Positions 32,829 to 41,335 of a DNA stretch of 64,000 nucleotides are shown piece after piece (the stretch's first letter is position 1; every line of letters starts with the position of its first letter). A program made the position numbers and the translations under genes. Origin of the DNA: Solirubrobacterales bacterium (GTDB taxonomy: Bacteria > Actinomycetota > Thermoleophilia > Solirubrobacterales > 70-9); assembly GCA_035700965.1 (NCBI GenBank), contig DASSOC010000001.1:2155-66154 (forward strand). The letters are read 5' to 3'. The notes beneath the pieces are model-generated. The model was not told the origin of the DNA. It saw only the letters and a list, made by a program, of their open reading frames with translations, and searched no databases.

Positions 32829-33794
32829 TTACGAGACTTCCGACCCGTCGTCGAGGTAGGCGAACGGGTAGCGACCCGCCTCCACCGGGGCACGGCGGCT
32901 GATCGGGTTCGCGACCGTGAACGCGTAGCGCGCCACGACGCGAAGGGCCGAGGAGTCGTCCTGCATCAGGTTGAGGACGACTTTGCCGTCGTCATCGGAG
33001 ATGACACCCTCCGTGAACATCTGGAAGGTGAGGTCCTGCCGGATCCCGGCGACCAGTTTCGCCCAGTCGCCGGCGAACAGGTTCACCCCCTCGTCGACCC
33101 AGACGCCGTTCTGGTCGGCGTCGAATTCGACGGGCTCCCCGTACAGTTCGTTCGGAGTGCCGGCCACCAGCCCCGGGTTGAACAGGAGCTGGTTGTTTTT
33201 GTCGCGCAGGCCGCGGAGCTTGGACTTCATCCGCGACCGGGCCGCGAAGCCGTTGACGGTGAAGCCATCGTCCTCGACCTTGGCCATGACCTGGTTGATG
33301 TCCTCGGCGATGTCGACGTTCGTGCCCTGCACGACGAAGTTGCCGGCCGCTTTCGCCGTCTCGGCGAGAGATTCTTCGTAGGTTGCCGGCGCTTCGGTCC
33401 CGAACAGGACCGCGGCGTCGAAGGCAGCCGCGATGGCTTCTACGAGGAGGGGTTTCACCTCGCCGAAGATGTCGTAGGCGGCGTCGTCGCGGACAGCGTC
33501 CGGCACGGGCACGATGACCGCAAGCTCCTCGGCCGTCAGGAACTTGTTTTTCCATTCGGCCTTGGTGGTCTGCTTGTGCCCGGTGTCGCCGTTGACCCAG
33601 TAAGCCTTCGGCAGAGCGGAGAGGACCGGCTGACGTTCGACTTTCGTCGACATCGTGATCTTTCGAGCCCGGTTGAGGACGACGGATTTCGCTTCGACGC
33701 CCTTCAAAATTTCTTTTCGCTCGGCGTCCGGGATCAGGGAGCCGATTCCGGTGCCCGTCTCCGTACGCCCGATCGATGCGTTGTAGGTGGCCAT
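32829..33794 (-). CDS. Major capsid protein (HK97-fold type)
   Basis: ATG at 33794 lies 9 nt after AAGGAGG. Size and position after the scaffold gene fit. Confidence 0.8.
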   Translation of the reverse strand: MATYNASIGRTETGTGIGSLIPDAERKEILKGVEAKSVVLNRARKITMSTKVERQPVLSALPKAYWVNGDTGHKQTTKAEWKNKFLTAEELAVIVPVPDAVRDDAAYDIFGEVKPLLVEAIAAAFDAAVLFGTEAPATYEESLAETAKAAGNFVVQGTNVDIAEDINQVMAKVEDDGFTVNGFAARSRMKSKLRGLRDKNNQLLFNPGLVAGTPNELYGEPVEFDADQNGVWVDEGVNLFAGDWAKLVAGIRQDLTFQMFTEGVISDDDGKVVLNLMQDDSSALRVVARYAFTVANPISRRAPVEAGRYPFAYLDDGSEVS

Positions 33795-33887
33795 CGTGGA
33801 TGGCCCTCCTTTCACTCGGGGTTATTGGGATGGCGGGGCCGTTGCGGACTCCCAGGCGCGCCGCCAGGCCGGCGGCGCGGTGCTTCT

Positions 33888-34493
33888 CTACGGAGCGTTC
33901 CCCCGCAGAAGGTCGTTGAAGGTGGTTCCCTCGCCGCCGGCGCCCTCGCCGCCGTTGCCGTTGCCTCGCGGCTTGCCGGTGCCGCCGGCCTTGAGGTGGG
34001 GCTTCTTCTTCAGCAGATCCTCGAGCTTGGTGTCGAGGACCGAGCTGATGATCTTCCCGTCCTCGTCGAAGAGCTCCTCGGTGTCGCCGGATTTCAGGTT
34101 CAGGATCACGTCATCGACGTCGGCCAGCTCGCGGGCGTGGCCGGCGACTGCGACCTGAAGGCGATCGTCTCGCCGCTCCTTGGCGAGTTCTTCCTCGGCC
34201 TCTGAGCGACCCTGCTTGCGGGCCTCGTCGAGCGCTTTCTCCGAGTCGGTTTTGCTCGCCTCCTTCAGCTTGTCGAGTTGGGCCTGCAGGGTTTTGTTGG
34301 CCCGTTCGGCGGCCCGGGCGCGGTCCTTGAAGGCTTCGAGCGCCTTCTCGCCCTCGGGGCCGAGTGGTTTATCGGCGACCTCGGTGCCGGTGGCGGCAGA
34401 ACTGCCGGTGCCTTCGCCGGTCTCGGTGGCGGTGCTCTCGTTGTTTTCGGTGGTCTCAGTCTCAGTAGCCGTTGCGGCTGACTCAGTTGCCAT
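33888..34493 (-). CDS. Scaffolding protein
   Basis: ATG at 34493. Thr/Ser/Glu-rich N-terminus followed by a charged coiled-coil. Lies between the MuF-like and capsid genes. Confidence 0.65.
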   Translation of the reverse strand: MATESAATATETETTENNESTATETGEGTGSSAATGTEVADKPLGPEGEKALEAFKDRARAAERANKTLQAQLDKLKEASKTDSEKALDEARKQGRSEAEEELAKERRDDRLQVAVAGHARELADVDDVILNLKSGDTEELFDEDGKIISSVLDTKLEDLLKKKPHLKAGGTGKPRGNGNGGEGAGGEGTTFNDLLRGNAP

Positions 34494-34534
34494 TGCGGAC
34501 TCCCTTGGTTCTGCCGCTGGCGCGGCGGGGTTTG

Positions 34535-35272
34535 TTAGATCTCCGACTCGGAGGTGAAGTGGTCGTGGGCACCCGTGAGAACGGGTCCGAGCTCGCCGTG
34601 CAGGTGGATCGCGATGTTGTCGTTCAGCGGCCCGTAGGCGTGTTCGCGGATCTGGGTGCCGTCGGGCAGCAGGACAGCGCCTCGGTGAGGCTCGGTCTGT
34701 GGTTCCAGGCCGCAACCGCACCGGTTGTGCAGCGGCATCGCGTCAGCCGACTTGACGTAGGTACCGTCGACTTCCAGGCAGAAGGAACAGGCGGTGGCAT
34801 CGGCGACCCGGGTGTAGCCGAAGATCGAGGGGTCAGCTGCCTGAACGGCGCTCGCGGTCGAACGCATCGCGAGCTGCACGTCCATCGCCGCCGTGCTGGT
34901 CGCCCGTGCGAGGCCCGACTCGACGGCGTCGGCGAAGCTCCTGCCGTCCTTCAGCGCCGTCCATACGTTGACGAAGGGACGTTCATAGACCTCCGCCGGC
35001 GGGACGCCGTTGCGAAGCGCCGCCCCGATCAGCGCGTCTACATCGACGCCTTCGGGCAGGCGATCGAGAGCACGGGCGATGTACCCCTCCGTCAGCGCCG
35101 CCGACTGACGCTCGGCGCCCAGGACGACGGGCAGCACTTCAGAGAGCCACTGGTCGACGTTTTGGCGGTCGTAGCCAGGGAGGGATTTCCAGATGTCACC
35201 GACGGTCTGCGAGGTCAGAAGGCGCAGGCGCCGCTCGGCCTCGATGTGGGCTTCAGCCAGCGGAGACAGCAT
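34535..35272 (-). CDS. Minor head / MuF-like head morphogenesis protein
   Basis: Follows the portal gene. Cys motif ATACSFCLEVDG...HNRCGCG. Confidence 0.65.
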   Translation of the reverse strand: MLSPLAEAHIEAERRLRLLTSQTVGDIWKSLPGYDRQNVDQWLSEVLPVVLGAERQSAALTEGYIARALDRLPEGVDVDALIGAALRNGVPPAEVYERPFVNVWTALKDGRSFADAVESGLARATSTAAMDVQLAMRSTASAVQAADPSIFGYTRVADATACSFCLEVDGTYVKSADAMPLHNRCGCGLEPQTEPHRGAVLLPDGTQIREHAYGPLNDNIAIHLHGELGPVLTGAHDHFTSESEI

Positions 35273-36674
35273 TGGCGGAGGCGGCGGCGGGCGCCCCATC
35301 GTTCAGCAGCTTCCCCAGTACGTCTGAGCCGCGTTCGGCGCCGTAGCGCTTGATCTCCTGCGGCGTCAGGCCGAGCACGATCTCCGCGATCCCCTGCCAC
35401 GGCAGCCCGGCGGCCCCGAGCTTGGCCGCGGCGTCGGCCTGCTCGGCCAGGGAGCGCATCTCCGGCGCTTTCCAGATGATCTGGGCGCTCTGGTCTTTGC
35501 CGCGGGGGTCCTCGGGGTTCTTCACCCGCAGCGCCAGGCGCGTCACCTCCTCCCACGACTCTCCGAGCGGGCGGTGGTGGCGGCGGACCTTCGAGACGAG
35601 GCCGGCTTCGGCGGCGCGGATGCCGTCGGCGGAGACGTTGACGAGTTCGCCGAGCAGGTAGTTGGCCGGCGTTTTCGTCAGCGCTGCCAGGTGCTTGATG
35701 TCCATCTCCGGCGAGTAGTTGTCGACGTTCGCCTCGGGCAGCTGGCCGACCTTCACGTTGGCGTTGCTGAACTGCGCGACCGCGGAGGCGATCGAGTCGA
35801 ACGGGGGGATCGGCTTCGACTTGTCCTCGGTGCCGTCGTCTTTCTTCGCGTAGACGATCGGGTCGCCGATCACGTAGCGGAGCGGGAAGCCCGACCAGGT
35901 CAGAGCGACCAGCCCGGAGAAGAGCTTGTAGTGGATGCGGTCGATATGCCGCAGGTGGCTGGCGAACTCCCCGCGGCCGGTGCCGAAGGGCGAAGGCCGC
36001 AGCGACTTGTTGACCGCGAACTCGACGATCGGGACCACGCCGAGCGGGTTCTCAAGAGGCCATTCCTCATCGCCATCGTCTTCACGGACCTTCCAGGACG
36101 CCGCGTCGGTCGGGCACGCCTCTGAGTCGGCGACGAACTTGAAGAGGTATCTGGGGGTGAAGAGGTTGGCGTACCACTTCTTGCCGTCCGTCCAGCGGCG
36201 CAGAGCGCCCTTGCGGAGCGTGCCGTTCGTCCCGGGGACGTACTCGACGATGCACATGGAGGCGTGCTCGAGGGTGACCACCGGCTGCGGATCGGCGCTG
36301 CCGTCCCCCCAAACCTGCGCGAAGCCCCGGCCCGTGGTGAGGACGGAGTCGTGCAGCATCGAAGACTCGGCGTCGAGGCCTGCTTCCTGCCAGAGGTCCC
36401 AGACGTCTTCGTCGGCTTGCTTGCCGCCGAAACGGACGCCCTGAACCTCAAGGCGCTCCTCGACGGCGCCGACGATCAGCCCGGGCCAGTTCGCGCCCGA
36501 GAGCCGCATGAGCGTCCGGTAGGCGTCGGTCAGGCCGGTGTCCTGCACGAACGGGGGGAGCGGGAAGATGCCTTCGCGGTAATCGTCCAGCGTCTTCGCT
36601 TCGGAGGCCCGCTTGTCGAGGGCATCGCAATAGCGCTTGATCTGGGCCTGGAGGTTCTCTAGTTCGCTCGGCAC
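35253..36674 (-). CDS. Portal protein
   Basis: 473 aa, immediately downstream of the large terminase. Confidence 0.85.
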   Translation of the reverse strand: MPSELENLQAQIKRYCDALDKRASEAKTLDDYREGIFPLPPFVQDTGLTDAYRTLMRLSGANWPGLIVGAVEERLEVQGVRFGGKQADEDVWDLWQEAGLDAESSMLHDSVLTTGRGFAQVWGDGSADPQPVVTLEHASMCIVEYVPGTNGTLRKGALRRWTDGKKWYANLFTPRYLFKFVADSEACPTDAASWKVREDDGDEEWPLENPLGVVPIVEFAVNKSLRPSPFGTGRGEFASHLRHIDRIHYKLFSGLVALTWSGFPLRYVIGDPIVYAKKDDGTEDKSKPIPPFDSIASAVAQFSNANVKVGQLPEANVDNYSPEMDIKHLAALTKTPANYLLGELVNVSADGIRAAEAGLVSKVRRHHRPLGESWEEVTRLALRVKNPEDPRGKDQSAQIIWKAPEMRSLAEQADAAAKLGAAGLPWQGIAEIVLGLTPQEIKRYGAERGSDVLGKLLNDGAPAAASANAVSAG

Positions 36675-36687
36675 AGTGCCTCCTCAC

Positions 36688-38325
36688 TCACCAGACGGCG
36701 CGCTCGTGGGTCTCATCGAACAGTCCCTTCTTCTCAGCGTCATCGCGGGCGCGTCTCGCCAGCACGGCGGCCGGGACGCTGTCGATCTTGAGAGGAGAGC
36801 CCTGCCGCTCCTTGCGGACGGAGTAGGCGTCCTCGGCGTGTTCCTCGTCGACCTTCACCCGCACCTTCTTGGTCCGGGCGTTTTCGAAGTGGGCGACCGC
36901 GAGCGGCTTCCCGCCCATCGTCTGCGGCTCGGTCAGGAGTGGCCTGGGGTTGATCGTCGCCTGGTGCTGGCGGATGCCGCTACGAAGAGCGCCGCAGGCG
37001 ACCGCGAACTTGGTGATCGTCCGGCCGCCGGTCCAGAGCTCCTCGACCTTGCCGGGATGCTCGCCGGCCCATCGCGCACCCTCCTCCATCCAGAAGGGCG
37101 GGTCGAACTTGAAGTTCAAGACCTCGAAGTGCTGGAAGGCCCACTCGACCGCTTCGTCGACCTCCGCACGCCACGCGATCGACTCGCCCTCCGGCGTCCA
37201 GATCCCCACCGGCTGCAGGAGTCCCTCGCGGGTGCAGATCCAGAGCGTCGTGTGGTCGTCGTTTTCGGATCCGTCGAAGCCGAGCCCGATCTTCGTTCCC
37301 TCAGCCGGGGTCTCCTCGACCAGGACCGCCTTGATCTCCTCGGGCGAGAGCCAATGGGAAGCCGCCGCCCGGGGCCGGTTCAGGTAGTAGCGGTAGCCCT
37401 CCTCTTCGGGATCTTCGGCGTCGCGGATGATCTTGCAGATCCGCTTGAGGTCCATCCACTCGGCAGCAGGGCCGTAGCCCTCCCTCATCGCCTTGATCAG
37501 CGAGCGGTCGTCGCCGAAGCGTTTGGGCTCGGGCGCCTGGCGGTGGTCGTAGAGGACACCGTGCTTTTCGACGGCCTCCTCGACGGGGAGATGCGCGTAT
37601 TTCTCCCCGGCCTGCTCGGCAACGGATCGCTCCCCCGGCTGCCAGGCCGTCGTGGTGTCGAGCATCCACGGTTCGGCGGCTTTGCGCTTGCCGGTGTTGC
37701 GGGCCACCGTCCGGTACATGCCGCGGTGGCGGGGAAGGATGTAGAGGTGGGTCTCGTCTGCGGTGGCGTGGCTCTCTTTGCCGCCGTCCTTCGAGACATC
37801 GCCGGAGCTGCTGGGAACGATCTCGCCGCCGCCCGGCTCTTTGATGTAGATCCGGGTCGAGGTCTCCGGGGTGCGGCCTAGGTCGATCGCGTACTCGTTC
37901 GCCGCCTTGCCCTCGGTGAGCATGTAGGTGACGTTGTCGTAGGTGTTCCCGGCCTGGTCTTCCTCGGTGGCCAGACAGCGGACGAAGGGGTAGCGCACCG
38001 GGGCGCCGACCGGCTCGCCCTGGGCGTCGAAACCGGCGAAGCGAACCGGGCCGAGGGCCTCCGCGCAGTCGATGGCGCCGGCGATCTCAGACTTGGCCCG
38101 GCCCTTGGGCCGAGAGAGGACGGCACGGTGGACCAATCGGCGACCGGCTTCCGGGTGACCGCTCGGGTGGACGCGATAAGCCCAGACGATGAAGAGCGCG
38201 ATCTCGTCGTCGATCTCCAGGGGCTCGCCCTGCACATCACCTGGGCCGTGGCAAAGGTACGTTTCGATCCAGTCGATGACCTGCCAGCCGAGCGTCGGCC
38301 AGCCGGTCCAAGGCGGAAGCGCCAT
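36688..38325 (-). CDS. Terminase large subunit
   Basis: 545 aa. N-terminal WQVIDWIETYLCHGPGDVQGEPLEIDDEIALFIVWAY and position fit a large terminase. Confidence 0.85.
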   Translation of the reverse strand: MALPPWTGWPTLGWQVIDWIETYLCHGPGDVQGEPLEIDDEIALFIVWAYRVHPSGHPEAGRRLVHRAVLSRPKGRAKSEIAGAIDCAEALGPVRFAGFDAQGEPVGAPVRYPFVRCLATEEDQAGNTYDNVTYMLTEGKAANEYAIDLGRTPETSTRIYIKEPGGGEIVPSSSGDVSKDGGKESHATADETHLYILPRHRGMYRTVARNTGKRKAAEPWMLDTTTAWQPGERSVAEQAGEKYAHLPVEEAVEKHGVLYDHRQAPEPKRFGDDRSLIKAMREGYGPAAEWMDLKRICKIIRDAEDPEEEGYRYYLNRPRAAASHWLSPEEIKAVLVEETPAEGTKIGLGFDGSENDDHTTLWICTREGLLQPVGIWTPEGESIAWRAEVDEAVEWAFQHFEVLNFKFDPPFWMEEGARWAGEHPGKVEELWTGGRTITKFAVACGALRSGIRQHQATINPRPLLTEPQTMGGKPLAVAHFENARTKKVRVKVDEEHAEDAYSVRKERQGSPLKIDSVPAAVLARRARDDAEKKGLFDETHERAVW

Positions 38326-38334
38326 TGCTGCGGC

Positions 38335-38919
38335 CTAGCCCGATTTGACGAGAGCGAGACGCGCTTTGCGGTCCTGCGTTTTCGAGGTGCCTGACTTCGG
38401 CTGCTCCGGGTCAGGCTCCGCCGCCTCATCGGCCTTGTCGGCCACGATCTCCCAGCGCAGGTCCGCAAGGCCCTTCGGCGTCAGCCCGAGGACTTTGTCG
38501 AGCTCGCGCATCTCTTTGAGGATGGCGAGCCGGCCCGCGCCGAGAGATTTCAGCTTCCCGACCAGCAGACCGAGGTAGGTGAGGCGTTCGGGCACATCGC
38601 CCGGGTCCTCGCTCTCGATCGTCCGGATGATCGAGTCTTCGATCCGCTCGACGAGCTTCTCGGATTCGTCGACCGCGGCCAGGTCGTCCTCGAGCGAGGC
38701 CCGGCGCGCGATGACGTAAAGCGCGCCCGAATCCCAAGCCATCGCCTGCGGCAGCCTCCATGCCCATTTCCACCAGGCCAGCCCGGCCGCGCCGAGTTCA
38801 TAGGCAGTTGGAACGTTGGGCGCCCGACCCTTTCTGCCGCTTGCCGGCAGTTCGGTCGTGGGGATGGTCGCGGCGTTCGTCCGGCGCTTTTTCTTGTTGG
38901 GAAGCGGTCCCCGGGCCAT
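38335..38919 (-). CDS. Terminase small subunit
   Basis: ATG at 38919 follows GGAGAAGGAGG. Basic N-terminus MARGPLPNKKKRR. Lies upstream of terL. Confidence 0.6.
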   Translation of the reverse strand: MARGPLPNKKKRRTNAATIPTTELPASGRKGRAPNVPTAYELGAAGLAWWKWAWRLPQAMAWDSGALYVIARRASLEDDLAAVDESEKLVERIEDSIIRTIESEDPGDVPERLTYLGLLVGKLKSLGAGRLAILKEMRELDKVLGLTPKGLADLRWEIVADKADEAAEPDPEQPKSGTSKTQDRKARLALVKSG

Positions 38920-39046
38920 TGCGGCCTCCTTCTCCAGCCCCGTTGCGGGGGCCTCGGTCGAACTGAAAAACCCGTATGGACTACGGGGCGCAGCCCTCCC
39001 CGGTCCGATGCGATTCCGGCTCGGGGTCACCCCCCTGCCCGCGGCG

Positions 39047-39229
39047 TCAGCGGCAGGTGGACTCGAACGTGCGACCGTTGATGACGGCTATGACGTGCGA
39101 CGGGCCGGAACGGAGCGGACGGCTCGCGCCGGGATCCAGGCGAAGCCAGGGCGGAATGTAGGGCAGCGGGTTGGGAAGGCGGTCGAGCGCGGTGAGCGTT
39201 GCGCTGATGTCTCGCGGCACCTTGGTCAC
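39047..39229 (-). CDS. Hypothetical protein
   Basis: 60-aa ORF with a 4-nt overlap with the HNH gene. Confidence 0.35.
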   Translation of the reverse strand: MTKVPRDISATLTALDRLPNPLPYIPPWLRLDPGASRPLRSGPSHVIAVINGRTFESTCR

Positions 39230-39549
39230 GCTACCTCCCTCCGTGCTTGCACGGCCTCCTCGGCCGTCTTCGCCTTGTGGCAGGCCGTGCAGATGCCTTG
39301 CAAGTTGCTCGCTGAGTGATCATCGCCGACAGCGATGTGGTCCACCTCGGTGGAAAGAGCGAGGCCTTTGCAGACCCGGCCGTCTTGACAGGTCGGGTCC
39401 CGGTCGAGAATGGAGAGGCGCTTCTTCGCCCAGCCGCGAGGTAGGCGCTTGCTCCTAGTGCTACCTTGCCACGGTTGCGGTGCGTGGTCGGGACACGGCT
39501 GCGTGTTGGGGCAGCTCGGGTGCGAGCAGCTCTTAGGTGCGCGGCGCAT
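39226..39549 (-). CDS. HNH endonuclease
   Basis: TEVDHIAVGDDHSASNLQGICTACHKAKT. Typical position ahead of the terminase genes. Confidence 0.7.
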   Translation of the reverse strand: MRRAPKSCSHPSCPNTQPCPDHAPQPWQGSTRSKRLPRGWAKKRLSILDRDPTCQDGRVCKGLALSTEVDHIAVGDDHSASNLQGICTACHKAKTAEEAVQARREVA

Positions 39550-39699
39550 CCGTCGACCGGGATGTTGAGGGGACTGGAGGGCCGGAAGGCACAAGTAGAG
39601 CGCTGGCATTGCCGCGCCAATCGGCGGCTACGTCACCAGGCTCTCGCTGCGAAGTCGTCGAGCGACTCGGGGAGCGCCTTTCGTCAGGCCCGCGCATAT

Positions 39700-40608
39700 T
39701 CAAGCCGCAGCGGCGGACGGAACCCGTCGCTCAAGCTCGGCGATGCGGAGGTTCAGGACCTCGATGGTCTTGCCGATCGACCAGCGGACGTCGCGCGGCG
39801 AGCCTGCCAGCTCTTTCAGACTGGCGCCGTGCTGGTCTCGAATCCGCCTGAGCTTCTCCAGCTCAGCCCGGTGGACCCGCTCGGCCATCTTCGTCACCTC
39901 GGCCCTCGGCATCTGCTCCGGCTCTGGCTCACCACGGAACTGTTGGCCGGTGAGGTTCGTGGACTGATCAAGAGGTTTGAACGCCTTGATCGGGTCGGCC
40001 TGAGGAAGGCGGCGATCGCGCACCTCGTAGAGCAGCACGTAGGAGTCGACGCGGGTGCGGTGGCCCAGCACAACCAGGACTACCGAGTCGGTCACCGGCA
40101 CCACGTCGCCGCGGTTGCCGGGCGGCCACTGTGCGTCGGGCTCAAGCTCGGTCGGCCGCTCCCGGCGAAAGGTGATCCCAGGCAGCTTCTCCTCGCGGGA
40201 GAGGATCTGTTGCCGGTGTTCAGCGGAAAGGCCGAAGGGCGGGTTGGCGGTTGGCGCCAAGGCCTCGGCGCTCACTACGACCGGCTCCTCCCCGAGCTTG
40301 GAGATCATGACCTCACTCGGCACAACCGGCGGTTGCTCCCGGTGTCCTTTCCTCAGCATCTCGGCGAAGACCGGGAACATCTCGGCGAGATCACGGTCTC
40401 GCTCGCGCTGCAGCTGTGAGCGACGGCCGAGAGTCGGCCTCGGTTCACAGACGCCGTCGCGGCAGGTGGCGCAAAGGTCGAGGTAGTTGCCCTCGACCTT
40501 ATGAAGCTGATCGACGTGCCCGTGCTCGCAGACCCATACGACGCCGCCTGGCATCGCTTCGTCTTCGGCTTGGAGCCGCCGCCGCGATCGCTTCACGCTG
40601 CCCTTCAC
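39700..40608 (-). CDS. Hypothetical protein with N-terminal Cys/His cluster and C-terminal coiled coil
   Basis: GTG at 40608 in a GTGA overlap with the upstream stop. CEHGHVDQLHKVEGNYLDLCATCRDGVC. Confidence 0.5.
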   Translation of the reverse strand: MKGSVKRSRRRLQAEDEAMPGGVVWVCEHGHVDQLHKVEGNYLDLCATCRDGVCEPRPTLGRRSQLQRERDRDLAEMFPVFAEMLRKGHREQPPVVPSEVMISKLGEEPVVVSAEALAPTANPPFGLSAEHRQQILSREEKLPGITFRRERPTELEPDAQWPPGNRGDVVPVTDSVVLVVLGHRTRVDSYVLLYEVRDRRLPQADPIKAFKPLDQSTNLTGQQFRGEPEPEQMPRAEVTKMAERVHRAELEKLRRIRDQHGASLKELAGSPRDVRWSIGKTIEVLNLRIAELERRVPSAAAA

Positions 40609-40814
40609 TTCGTTCCCTCCCCCGTCCCGCCGTTCTTGATGCAGTCGGCGCCGCCGCCGACGGGACAGGGCCACACCTGAGTGAAGTTCTGAGAGCACCC
40701 ACACTGGCGGCCGCTGTTCGTCTTCGGGCAGCCGTCAGCGAGAGGGCGGTCCGGCGCTCCGACAGTCACCGGCGCCCCCTCGCTCACGGCTGCTCTGTCC
40801 GCCGACTCCGCCAT
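40605..40814 (-). CDS. Small Cys-rich protein (69 aa, 6 Cys)
   Basis: ATGA overlap with the upstream gene and GTGA overlap with the downstream gene. Confidence 0.4.
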   Translation of the reverse strand: MAESADRAAVSEGAPVTVGAPDRPLADGCPKTNSGRQCGCSQNFTQVWPCPVGGGADCIKNGGTGEGTK

Positions 40815-41335
40815 CAGGACTCGGCGCGGGCCTTCTCCAACCGCTTCTTGCCCTTCGCCGTGATCGTGTAGGTGTCGGCTCCTTCTTCGGCCGGGTGTGC
40901 TTTGAGGTGGCCCTTGGCCAGCGCTTGGGCGACGATCTCGATCTCGACTTCGAGGGATGAGTCATTGCCGAGAAGCGCGCCCCCGGCAATGAAGACCACC
41001 GATAGCGGGGTCCCTTCGATCTCAGACGGCAGGTCCTGGACGTGGCCGGCCTTGATCGTGACGAGGACCAGCTGGTCGACGTGCGGGGTGTACCGGCAGA
41101 GCTGCCGGTGGACCTCGGCCGTGCCGCCCTTCACCTTCACCTCGATGCCAATCCGGTCGACCAGGAGGTCGATGCGGTTGTGCTTGTCGAAACGGACCTC
41201 CCGCTCGACATCTAGGCCCTCGCTGGTCAGCGCGGCCGCGAGGCCCTGCTGCAGCTCGTCCTCGTTGGCGAACTGGAAGGTGTGGCGGCGAATCGCGCCG
41301 AGCACTTCCTCAACTCTGCAAGCATCTCGCTGCAC
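40814..41335 (-). CDS. PD-(D/E)XK-type nuclease-like protein
   Basis: E..D..ExK pattern: EREVRFDKHNRIDLLVDRIGIEVKVKG. Motif-level recognition only. Confidence 0.5.
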   Translation of the reverse strand: MQRDACRVEEVLGAIRRHTFQFANEDELQQGLAAALTSEGLDVEREVRFDKHNRIDLLVDRIGIEVKVKGGTAEVHRQLCRYTPHVDQLVLVTIKAGHVQDLPSEIEGTPLSVVFIAGGALLGNDSSLEVEIEIVAQALAKGHLKAHPAEEGADTYTITAKGKKRLEKARAES

